Of a stretch of 64,000 nucleotides of DNA, positions 1 to 11,625 are shown in pieces. The notes under the pieces are model-generated. The model was given only the letters and a program-made list of their open reading frames with translations, ran no database searches and was not told the DNA's origin. Source of the stretch: Podarcis melisellensis (taxonomy: Eukaryota); assembly GCA_964234715.1 (NCBI GenBank), contig OZ174276.1. One strand, 5' to 3'. A program made the position numbers and the translations under genes. How positions within the stretch are numbered: position 1 is the first letter of the stretch; each line of letters begins with the position of its first letter.

Positions 1-869
1 GCTTTAATGTTTTATGAAAAGACATTTGTTAATTTTAACACTAGGTGGCAGTTAAACACAACTAACAAAGTCAGAAATTGCTTAAAAATAATCACTGCAC
101 AATTTTAAAAAAACATTCTCATCCAGCTTGCTATTAATTATATTCCCCAAAAGATGTCATGGACTGATATTATCAGATATATACAAATAATTACAGGAAA
201 GTAAAATGAAATCCTTAAGTATACAATGTGTGATATATTATTTTGGATAGTAATATGGCACCTACTCCTTTTTATGTTGATAATATTTTAGCTTGTCATT
301 TTTACTAGCATTTAGCACAGAGCATTTTATTGTTATGTGCTTTCATTTATCAATGCCAATTGGTGCCATATGCCACTTTAAAAAAACAAAAGGGCTTGTA
401 ATAGGTTTGTTTTGTAGAGTGAGTTCTGAGTTGGTCTCCAAGAAATTGAAACAAAAGGCATCTCATTTTCAAGGAGTATCAGTTAAACCACTTATGTATA
501 GAAATGAAAATATTATATATGCCCTTGGCAACTTCATGTTTCAGCCACTTGTATGTATAAGCTAATGAATGGTCTCAGAGTACATGGTTTTTGTATGACT
601 GTTGAACCTAAGCACAGGAAATCATTGGAAGTTGCTTTGAGTTTCCTAAGGAAGGTATGTGTGTCTATTTGCATGCCTTCCTAGCCATTATTTCTTCCTT
701 CCCAGCAACTATTTAACTGTTTCGGCTTCTCCTTCTTATAGAAGCAGCACAAAGTATAATCAATAAATAAGTACAATAAATATTGAACGGATTGACCCCT
801 GAAGGCATACTCTTCCATTGTCTCCCTAGACAGATGGACGACAACTACAACACCAACCTAGTTCAGATG

Positions 870-1190
870 TCAAAATAAACACAAGTGTATTACTGCCTCC
901 AACTGTGAAGGCAGAGCACAACCGTCATGGCTAGTAGCCATGGATTCCCCTATTCTCCATGAATCTCCCTGCCCTCTTTTAAAGGCATCCAAGTTGGTGG
1001 CCATCACTGACTTCTGTAGGAGTGAGTTACATAGCTTTCTTTTATCTGTCCTGAATCTTCCAACATTCAGCTTCATTGGATGTCCACAGGTTCTAATGTT
1101 GAGAAACCTCCTTCATAGGGGTGTTGTTCCATCCCCTTGATCATTTTGATTGACCCTTTTAAAAGCTTTTCTAACTCTACAATTTCTTTT
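870..1190 (-). mobile_element. CR1-type LINE 3' fragment
   Basis: Minus-strand translation KLNVGRFRTDKRK...VMATNLDAFKRG resembles the CR1 ORF2 C-terminus. Confidence 0.7.
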
Positions 1191-3143
1191 TCAATGTTTA
1201 TTTTAGGCATCAAATTTAGTGTCATCACAATGTTTTAGCAATCATGCATGGGTAAACGAGAATGTTTTTAAATTCCTCCTTATAGTCAATAATCAGACAG
1301 ACAGACAGGCACACTTCACTGTATATATTGGGAAAGAAGTAAATATCCCAGCAGCTTGAAACCTAGGCTTGATAGTGGTTGAAGTACTAACCACAGGGTT
1401 CTGGATGGAATAAGACAATTGCAAACTTCAGCAATGTGCCACTAGCAAAGGGATTAATTAAGAAATTTTTACTCTGGTTGCCACATTGGAAATCCCATCA
1501 GAAGCAGGACCGTGCTTCTTCTTGGTTCAACACATAGCAATGCAGGAATCTCAGACCACAATTCAAAATCTGAATTCCAAGCCAGAGTTCATTTTTATTT
1601 TATTAAAACTACAACTAGTATGGACACCTGTGACCAAATGATCTCCACATCTATAGGATGTGGAGTGATGCAAATATGATTGCGCATAGGCTGCTCAGGT
1701 AGCTTGCCCTATAGTTGCAGGGTGTGTGAGATTTGTTATTCCAGTAATTCACAACACATTATTATTTTTGGGTAACCGTTATATGTATGTTACTGGCGCA
1801 ATATATATTTATGTTTTAAAGTAAGTGGAGTCAGTCAGACCACACTTATTTTTTGTGTATGTTGTGGTACTTTACATTGTGGGTTGTAGTTGACCTTACA
1901 GAGTTATTTTCTGTAAATGGGCACTCCTGAACATGAGAGTCCTGGCCCGCCTTTTGAGACAACATCACTTTTTGGGCTTGGGGGTTCATTCTGTTTCTGC
2001 CTCTGAAGGCAACCACAGCAATTCTCTTAAGGGCTCTTCCTGGACCATTGGCTTGGGATGCTGCTGGTTTGGAGGATTCCGGCTCCTCTTCTGAGGATTG
2101 ATCCCCAGTGATATTAGCAACAGTGAACAATTTCCCACAAAGCATATCTTGCCCACCATTGCCAGTCATCATATAAACTGTGGCCAAAGCAAAAGGAGGA
2201 TATGCATTTAATTGAATATGGTGAAAAAGGTCTACAGCATTTTTATGGTGTGCATCTCCACAAATGAAGGTTGGCCTATAATATTTTTACCAACAATTTA
2301 ACAATAAACAAGCACACAAATAAATTATGCTGAGGTGCACCCATAATTGTGAGGCCTGAGGAGGTTATAATGATGCATCCGCAGTTGCTGCCATTGGCTA
2401 AAGACTACCTGTGACATCAGAAAAGTACATGGCAGCTGAGTGGATATAAAGGTTGGCCTTTGTCTCTTTCTTCAACAGAACGCAGCAGGAAACAACTGAC
2501 ATTCAGTATTGCCCAGTCTTCCTGCACTTGGGAAGAAACAAAATGACAATTGGACAGAGGCGATCATCCGGCTATGGTATGCTATGGAGTGATAATAAGG
2601 CAAGTTCACTTGCTGAGCAGGATTGTGGCTTGAAGGTGTGACAGCAACAATTTCCCCCCTGGTGCCATTGGCTCTGCCCTTACTTAAATATAGTGCACCC
2701 ACCTCACAGAACACCAATTCCACAAATTCCTACAAACTACCCCAGATTATCCTGTGGGGGACTTGTGTGAGGGCAAATTTAATAATTTGGAGTCTCAGGC
2801 AGGATTTGATCAAATAAACAGGAATGATGTTATTAAACAAAGGAAGTTTATGACACAAAGTAGGTAAAACATAAGATACTTCAGAGTATGTTATTTCATT
2901 TCAGTTCTTTCTCAGTTGTTGCACAGCTGTTGCCGCTTAATACCTTGGTTCTTCCTGTCAGTTACACACCCCTTAGACAACCCTACTCCTGAGGTACTCC
3001 AAGTAACAGACCCAAGGGATCACCACATCCCTCTTAACTGGTTTGGGAGTCTTCTCTTTTTGTAGAAGAATCTCTCCCCTCCTGACTGGAATGAGTCCTA
3101 GAGTAGACTGTATTCTCACAGCTTCTACTTCTTCTGGTTACAG

Positions 3144-3283
3144 GTAGGTAGCCGTGTTGCTCTGCCATAGTCGAAACAAAACAAAACAAAAAAACCATGA
3201 AAACTTGTACCAATAACTAACTTAGTTGGTCTCTAAAGTGCTACTGGAAGGAATTATTTTATTTTATTTATTTTGTTTTGTTT
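3144..3283. mobile_element. Penelope-like retroelement terminal fragment (inverted structure)
   Basis: GTAGCCGTGTTG..GTCGAAACAAAA followed by CTTAGTTGGTCTCTAAAGTGCTACTGGAAGGAATT resembles squamate PLE ends (recalled). Flanked by duplicated TACTTCTTCTGG (3126-3137, 3284-3295). Confidence 0.55.
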
Positions 3284-3484
3284 TACTTCTTCTGGCTCAG
3301 CCTCAGCCTCCCAGTTAATTCCTGGCCTAATTACTCTTCCATGACACCACACACTGTCCTTCATACTAAACTCATGAGTCTCCTTTCTCTAGCTTTTGAT
3401 ATATTCCTCAGAGTGGATGTTTCTACCCAGAACCAACTCTCCTCTCACTCCCTATCTTCCAACCTATTCTCCCAGCCTCTATCC

Positions 3485-3594
3485 CAGGCATAGGCAAACT
3501 CTGGCCCTCCAGATGTTTGGGACTACAATTCCCATCATCCCTGATCACTGGTCCTGTTAGCTAGGGATGATGGGCTGGAGTTTGCCTGTTCCTG
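3485..3594. mobile_element. hAT-type MITE
   Basis: TIR CAGGCATAGGCAAACTC / GAGTTTGCCTGTTCCTG. Exact 8-bp TSD CTCTATCC. Confidence 0.85.
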
Positions 3595-5366
3595 CTCTAT
3601 CCCAACCTACAAACTGACTCTAAAAATCATTTCGTTTTCAACTCCCTCTCCTGCAACCCCGGCCAATCAGAGGCTGCCATTCAATAACCGTTTTCTGGCA
3701 GGGAAAAAGAAAACACTTGGGGACCCAACCTGCCCAGCAAAACAAACTTTTCCATCACAGAAGGCGGCTGAAATCCGTGGTGATGGAAGGTGGTGGGTGG
3801 AGTTCACATTTGGAAGCTGGTAGATGTAAAGCTGAAGCAGGCTGATATTTGTGGATGCAAATTGGTTGAAATTCACCGTCGGAAGCCAGTCAACAGAAGT
3901 CGGTGGAAATCTGAGCTGCAGCAGGGACAAGAATGTGAATGAAGGTACAGTGAAAGATAAATGAATGATATTCTTCATGGAGGTTGGCTGGCATATGCTT
4001 GTGTTGTGAGTAGAAGGGTTTGAATGTGGTGAAAGCAAAGAGTGTACATGTGTGAATATGATGTGTGAAAGGAAACTGGTGAATATTCATGAATAGATAA
4101 AACCCTGGGAAGTTGGTGGGCTGAAGTTAGTGGATGAAGTTGCCAGGCAGAAGCTGGTGGAAGCCCTGGGTATGCGATCAGATGGTACCCATCCTCTTTA
4201 AGGTCTGTTTTTTTTCTTCCATGGATGTCTGAGCTGGAATAGCACCCCAACCGGTGAAAGCAATGAAGAGAACTTGTGCAAGCCAGTTTATATTTCTAAA
4301 TCCCGCTCCCCGAATACAGCCATGTGTATTGTCTGTTCTGTCTTTTCCTTCACAGATAATGGAAGGTCAGATACCAAAGTTTATGGTGTGACCCTGCCCA
4401 CGCCCCTGTATAAAGGGTGGGCTGTATATTTTAAAATGAAAAATCACTGCTGGGGTGCCCCCACAATTTTCAGGCCTAGGGGGCTTGTGCTGATGGCTCC
4501 CCAGCAGTTGCCATTAGCTACAGACTGCCTCTGATGTCCAAATGGACATGGTGGCTGAGTGGAAGAGGCAGCTGTAAGTAGGACGGGGAAGGAAGGAAGA
4601 GCCCTAGAAGAAGGTTGAGGGAACCTGGGGCAGGGCCAGCTGACAACAGAAGGGAAATCAGGGTTGGCTCCTTCCTGTCCTTGAGTTGTCATCTTACTGC
4701 TCTCTCATGGTTGCTGTGCCTGTCACACCCACTTAGCTGTAACCCCCCCCCCCCCACCTTATTTTGTCATGGAGAGTCCCATCTCCACATCCCAAATAAA
4801 CCTTTAGGATACCTAGAATAGCATCAGATTTTTACTTTATTGGCAAAAGTTCCAAGAAACAAACGTCAAAGAACTTTTTTGAAGAGCAATTATTCCAACC
4901 AGCAACCAATATTAGGATTTCAACCAATGAAATTCTTGTACTGCCTTTAAAATTAGTTTTAAAATCCAGAACCTAGGCAGAGAAAGACTTCTAATGCCTG
5001 TATTGAGGGAGTCAGTCCAAAGAGTTTAGCCTTTTGTAAAAGGCATCATACTGCTTAAATAATGGCATGTAAGGACAGGTCTTAACCTCTGAATACCTAT
5101 TTTGTAATGATCATATAAAAGTACTATTAAAAAAACTATTGGAAACAGGCAATGCAAAATGTTAACACTGCATTAAGACACAATTTGTGCCTGGATGTTT
5201 CCTTAACATTAACATGCATGCATTTTGGAGCAAGAAGCCAAGCAAGGATTCTTTATTACATAAAAAGTTGATACATCACACTGACAAGGAATACCACAGT
5301 GTAAATGTTAAAAAATCAGTATAGATCTCTCCCTCTGTAGGGCAGGCTGTATCTGGAATAATAGTA

Positions 5367-5600
5367 CAGTGGTACCTCGGTTTACGGACTAAATCTGTTC
5401 CTGAACCAAAACCAAAACCGTTCTTAATCCGAGGCGTGCTTTTCCTAATGAGGCCTCCCGCCGCCGGTGCCCTTCCACAGTTCGGCTTCCATTCATATAC
5501 CGAGATAAAGTTCTCAAACCAAGAAACTATTTCCGGTTTTGCGGAGTTTGTAAACCAAATTGTTCTTAAACCGGACTGTTCTTAAACCGAGGTACCACCG
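5367..5600. mobile_element. Tc1/mariner (Tigger/pogo-like) MITE
   Basis: TIR CAGTGGTACCTCGGTTTA / TAAACCGAGGTACCACCG. TA TSD. Confidence 0.85.
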
Positions 5601-6919
5601 TACTGAAGACATCTAATTTCAAAAGGTTAATGATGCCTTTGTGTAAGAGGCTTGTAGGACTCACAGAGCAGAAAATAGTCTTAACCCTGCTTTGCACTCG
5701 AGAAATGCAAAGGTGAGCAGTTGGTACAGTGTGCTTCACATTCACTGTTAAATATGGCCTTTTCTGTCAGTTCCCTTGTTTTGCAGCATTTTTAATCAAG
5801 GAATGTGTTTATAAGAGGACAGTGCATTTGATCTTTGTTTAGAATTCTTTATTTATATGGAGTTATAGTGTATGGAGTATTGAGTGGAATTTCCTTTTAG
5901 GCATAATATAGGAATGTGCTCAAAACAGCTCCTTCCTGTTGAGGTAGGATCACTTAACATCAGGTAGTGTTTTTATTACATTGTGTAACTTTCTACCCCC
6001 TCCAGCAGTTGGCAGTAATGAGGGATGGAAAGAGTACTCCTAAATATTGAAGTGTCCCCCACAATGCTGTGGATCCATATCTGCCTACCTTATTTCTTGT
6101 GCTCTCCTACGTATTATATATTTTTAAATTTGGCTTTGAATGGGGCGCCCTATGTCCATTCAAGATGCAGACCAAGCTATAACATTAGTAGGTCCAAAGT
6201 CCACAATGCTTTGTGCAGAGCCAACTTGAGCTGCAATCATATGCATGCTTACTCGGGAATAAGCTCTGCTGAACATAGTGGGTCTTTTGAGTAATCGTAT
6301 TTCGCACAGGCTGGATTTGAGGCTGAAGCATATAGTATCTGTGAAAGCCTATAGTTAATATTACAGGAAATAAAGTAGAACTGGCTGTCATTCCCAGATA
6401 ATTAATTGAGTTTACAATCAAGATCAGCTTTGGAGTGCAGAACTTGCCCAGAGAGTCTAATCTCTCTCTTATTTAATATAATATGGTTTTCTGTGTTCTT
6501 GTAGAATAGTTCAATGAAACTCAGATTGAAGTAGATAACAAGAAATAGCAAACCTAAAACTTCTACTGTTCCTAAAGGGCTTTGTATCTCCAATTAACAA
6601 GTCAAGACCAGATTCATCTCTCATTTTCAGAGTGAACAGATGGCACAACTGTTGGGAGATCAGACAGAAGAATCTAATAAAGTCAAACAAAAATCTGCTC
6701 TCAACACCTGTGTGTCTCATAAAACGGTGAAAAATTCAAAGTCCTGAAAATAGTTGTTAATTTTTTAGATTTTAATCCCAGAAAATATACCATCTTCATC
6801 CATCCACGTTCTTTTAATGAAAAACAAACAAAAAAATAATCAGTTTGATTTCAAAAGAATAGCACACTGCTAGGGAGAGAAATTGAACAAATGACAACTG
6901 GATTTTGATGCTTTCGTTT

Positions 6920-7900
6920 GTATTTTTATTATTAAAAAATCATTAGTTTTCCAACATACCCCCAATAATAGCCAAAATATAACAGTAATTAATTCCCAAA
7001 TTATACAATTATCAAAGAGCCATTTTAGTTAAAATGACTCCCCACATGATGGTTTGAGTGCATTTCTAATCTTACATTACTGCGTTCCATAAGCTTAATT
7101 AATTTCAGTTACATTTCAGTTATAATAATAATCCCTTAGTCAACAGCTACATAATTAATGATTTCCATTCCTGATGTTACAATATATAAATTTATAAAGC
7201 TTCAAATGAGGAACTCAAACTATTATCTTTATTCTGTCCTGCATGTGAAAACTGTTATATCCCCAGAGATTCCTTCTGTCCATATATGGTGTTATCTCTT
7301 TCACTTCCCAGCTGTTGTTTCTTCCCATCGTGACTTGGGGTCGAACTTAATCTCAAAGTTTCTCAGAGGTTTTATATCTCCGTCCCTTGTTTTGATGTCT
7401 CAGAACAGGCGACAGTCTGCTAGAAATCATTCTGTCTCACTAGTAAAACATGTCACAGATCTTCGCCATTTCCCCCTCAGCCTAGGAAAAGGTGGGCAGT
7501 TTTTGAACTTGCTGGAGATTTAATACTCCTTTCCAACTCCCAGAATCTCTGCAGCATTCTTATCACAGCCCCCAAATTCTTTTCTTTCCAGCAAGAGATT
7601 TATGGCCCAATTAAACTCAAATTACATTCCGTCAGTAGCAACCACAAATCTCAGTCTCTTTTTTCTGTTGTTTTTAAACAGAAGTGAGGGGAATTACTCT
7701 GTCTTTCCAAAACAGTCATACTTGAGCTTCCCCCCTCCTTTCTTCATTTCAGATCACACAGTTTCCATTTTTGCTTGTAAATATCAATATTGCTCCAACG
7801 TCCCTTCCTCACTTGTAAATATAATTTTATCTTATATTCCAGAGATGGCTGCCGAATCATAAATATATAAAAGAAGCTTAGAATAAACAAACCATGGGCT
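6920..7900 (-). mobile_element. Degraded L1-like LINE fragments
   Basis: Strand-biased (A-rich on minus) decayed sequence resembling squamate L1 pieces. No intact ORF. Confidence 0.35.
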
Positions 7901-8492
7901 TCCCTCTTCCCAACCGACTCTTATGCTGAAGAAAATCTTATTTCAATTCAAACCTTTGATCCATGTAGCTGGTATATTGTAAGCCTTTTCCATCATGCAC
8001 CGGTACTTTAAAGCCAATTAAAGATCCAATTAAACTGAGAACCTCTGCTTCTTAATGGCAGTGTTGGAGGATTTTCGCCAGGTGGAGTGCTTTTGCTTCC
8101 CACATTCCATGCTGGAGTGAGAACCAGGTACTGAGATGAACTGCAAGTAAAGCCCTTTTGCAAGGATGATTTACCCTCAATCATCCCTGTTTTTAGTTCT
8201 CTGATGATCCCCCATTGTCGTGGGAGCTGCTTCCATTAAGGTAGGTGGGACTGGAAGCCTTGATGCTTCCCTTTTTAATTCACAGAAGCATCAAGGGCCA
8301 TTGATTGGCAGCGAAGACAAAACATAAACTAGGGGTGATCAATAAAGACTGAGTTAATCTGAGCACAGGAAACATTGTCAGAAGCTGGCTGCCTAACACA
8401 ACAGCATTGATTTTTTTAAAAAACTAAGTCAATAGTTTCCTGAAGAAGCAGCTTATGACATTTAAACCCACTGCATACAAATGGCATGGTTA

Positions 8493-8855
8493 AAGGTAAA
8501 GGTAAAGGTACCCCTGCCCGTACGGGCCAGTCTTGACAGACTCTGGGGTTGTGCGCCCATCTCACTTAAGAGGCCAGGGGCCAGCGCTGTCCGGAGACAC
8601 TTCCGGGTCACGTGGCCAGCGTGACATCGCTGCTCTGGCGAGCCAGAGCCGCACACGGAAACGCCGTTTACCTTCCCGCTGGTAAGCGGTCCCTATTTAT
8701 CTACTTGCACCCGGAGGTGCTTTCGAACTGCTAGGTTGGCAGGCGCTGGGACCGAGCAACGGGAGCGCACCCCGCCGCAGGGATTCGAACCGCCGACCTT
8801 TCGATCAGCAAGTCCTAGGCGCTGAGGCTTTAACCCACAGCGCCACCTGCGCCCC
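8493..8855 (-). mobile_element. Sauria SINE, full length
   Basis: tRNA-like head with A box (GGTGGCGCTGTGGG) and B box (GGTTCGAATCCC). (ACCTTT)n tail. Exact 13-bp TSD AATGGCATGGTTA (8480-8492, 8856-8868). Confidence 0.92.
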
Positions 8856-9384
8856 AATGGCATGGTTACTTATAATTAAATATGACTATTAGCAGAGTCT
8901 GGAATCTTAAAGTCATTAGCTGTTGTTGCCTACAATGTTGGGATTTCCTGATGCAGTTAGTTAGTTAACTGAGCCTTATCGCCACTAGTGGGAAGTGTTG
9001 GGAACAGTTAATTATACTGTAGCTTTTCTAATTACATGTGAAGCAGCAATAACAGGGCAGTAGCCCCACTGACTTTCATATTAAAAAGTTTTAGGTATTT
9101 ATTTTCTACACAGTCCTTTCAAGGATACCATGTATTTCACAGTTGTCTGGATTTGTAACTAGGTACCTCAGTTCAGAAAGAGAGACCTGCAAGTTCAGTG
9201 TCCCATGATTGATCATGCAGATGGTGCCCCTGAACATGTATGCCTGCTGCAGAACTCCCATGGGAAGTGCATGAGCATATTGTTTCTCATAGCAAGCTAC
9301 TGTTAAATGAAGTACTTTAAGCTTTTATCTTATTACTGGAGAGCAATAAAAGAGGATCAGACAGAGTCATGGAGGATAAGGCAC

Positions 9385-9592
9385 TCAGTAGCTACTAGCT
9401 ATGATTGCAGTGTTGTACCTCCAGTCCCAAAGGCAGTATGCGTCTGAAGACCAGTTGCCAGAAATCACAAGTAGGGAGAGTGCTGTTGCACTCAGGTCCT
9501 GCTTGTGGGCTTCCCGTAGGCATTTTGCTGGCCACTGTGAAAACAGGATGCTGGACCAGATGGGCTTTTCATCTATCAAGCAGGACTCATTA
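9385..9592 (+). mobile_element. CR1-type 3' end fragment
   Basis: GGCCACTGTGAAAACAGGATGCTGGACCAGATGGGC resembles the CR1 3'UTR. Same family as 870-1190 and ~21760. Confidence 0.6.
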
Positions 9593-11107
9593 TTGCCAGC
9601 ATGATGTCCAGTGAATTGTGGGAACATACTTTGAGATTAAACTATGAGATGTGTGAATTCTTGCATAAAATAAGCAGCTTATTTTTATTTGCCCCATACA
9701 TTGGGGAATATATATTATTGCTTTTCAAAGAGCTGGTTGTTGCTCACTTCTGTGCATCCACATTCATTGCTGACAGTTGGTTCCCTGACTTGTTAAGCAT
9801 GACAGCCGTTGCCTATTTTCTTACTGTGAATTATGCTGGTTGCTGGATACAAGCTAGGTTTGACTTAGAGTGGGGATTAGCATTGGAGTTGCTGATGTCA
9901 TAAATGCATTGAAAGCAAATAGACTGGTGATGGTATGGAATATTATTTATATTTCTTGCAAAATCCTGGGTAAGTTGAGTATCCTGGAACATCTTGACTT
10001 GATGGGCCACCCAAGGCTATTCATATGTGAACAAAAAGATGAACCTGGATTTTCTCCCTCCAGACCCAATATTTTATCAATAACTCAATACCCTTTAAAT
10101 CAAGAGGTAGACCACACTTTCAGAGTTGAGGGCCACATACTCATGCAAAAATGGGTGGGGGCATGAGTATGAGACCAAAGCAAAATTGGGGTGGGAGACC
10201 CCTTCTGGTTTTTTGCCCTTCCTGTTCTTTATCTACCCATCTTCCTTTCATTTTTTCTCTCATACATCTGTATACACAAGCATGAAATCATCTACACACA
10301 GTCTCCCCTTCATTCATTCATTCATTCATTCATTCTATTCTGTTCATTCTCGCTCTTCAGCCTTGGTGGGGAGTGGGGGGGGACCTGAAAGGAAGTGAAG
10401 GGCTGTGGATTGCCCATCAGTGTTCCAAACACTTCTGTATGCCCAGGTAATATACTTGCACCCGATAGACATAAAAAAAGGCTTTGTGAGAAAGCGGCTT
10501 TGTCTAGGTATGCCAGTCGATGTTTTGAACAAAGCTAAGCTCTCAAATGTCCAAAGGATGTACCCCTATTCCTCATTCCATGGTGCAGCAGTTTAATTGC
10601 AACAGGGACTGCAGAGCTGATCTTTTTTAGTATCTTTCTCTTCAAATGTAAAGGCTCAAATAAGCCTCATTAAATAAATTGTTCTGTTCAACTCATACCC
10701 TAAAATAGCAGATGAGATACATATCCTAGTCTGCTTCACAAAGAAGGAAGGATGCTGTATCCTCATCTTTCCAGCCTGTGAATTATGGATGGAGGTCACA
10801 TCAGAGTGCCTTTTATCAGTATTCAATGTGATCTTGTTTATTTTAAAAGGTATACCCCACCACTCTCTCCAACAACAGGCTCTTGTGACTGATGTATAGA
10901 GTCTGTGACCATACTGTGGTCTATCTCCATGCAGGTTTCTCTCTCTTTCAGGTTGCATTTGGACAAAAGCCTGTTTCAATTTACATGTAGGGTTGGATTG
11001 AGCATTAGAGTAGGTGCACTGAAATAGAAGGGGCATAGGTTAGCCATGGTGTACATTAATATAGTGAAAATATCAACCAACTATTGTAAATACATCAAAA
11101 ACCATAC

Positions 11108-11113
11108 TTTATT
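11108..11113 (-). terminator. Candidate distal polyadenylation signal AATAAA
   Basis: Minus strand reads ...TGTATTGCTATACATAAAATAAAGTATGGTTTTGATGTATTT..., with an upstream UGUA and downstream GU/U-rich sequence. Confidence 0.4.
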
Positions 11114-11485
11114 TTATGTATAGCAATACAATTTACATATTAAATAACACTATAATAGAATGATTTGATATACTTTTAAAACATAACAAAAAGGAAATTC
11201 TTCAAGTTACAAAAAGGAAGAACAGAAAACAAAAAAATTAATAACTCCCCCCAAACCAAACACCACATTTCCCCAATGGGTCAATGAGACAAACTTATCC
11301 AGTGACTGGTTAAGTCTAATTCCTATTGCACACACTGACAATGGAATTTAAAGAAAATCCAGCATCAACAATCACTGTCCCAAAGAAATAACATGTGTTG
11401 AATTCTTTTTGGAATGTGATGGCATTTCACTACTTCAATACACATAAAGTATGTATTCACATATCCACCACAAAAGGAAAAAAAA

Positions 11486-11625
11486 NNNNNNNNNNNNNNN
11501 NNNNNNNNNNNNNNNNNNNNNNNNNNNNNNNNNNNNNNNNNNNNNNNNNNNNNNNNNNNNNNNNNNNNNNNNNNNNNNNNNNNNNNNNNNNNNNNNNNNN
11601 NNNNNNNNNNNNNNNNNNNNNNNNN
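11486..11625. other. Assembly gap (140 N)
   Basis: Run of n. Confidence 1.

Larger units (their letters stand above)
2637..3759. mobile_element. Solo LTR (retroelement) with nested insertions
   Basis: TGTGA...TCACA termini. Exact 5-bp TSD GAAGG at 2632-2636 and 3760-3764. Confidence 0.75.

Noticed and set aside
1846-2187. 113-aa ORF with an acidic patch
   Set aside because: No domain or splice support. Probably decayed retroelement sequence, as is 53814-54074.
4387-4870. Second solo LTR (TGTGA start, AATAAA near 4795)
   Set aside because: No matching CA terminus with a TSD was found.
8760-8855. tRNA gene (A and B boxes)
   Set aside because: It is the tRNA-derived head of a SINE with a tail and TSD.
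1-11000. Exons of the downstream neighbour (C3orf14/CEP15) or an antisense lncRNA
   Set aside because: No recognisable coding exon or CpG-island promoter. Cannot be supported from sequence alone.
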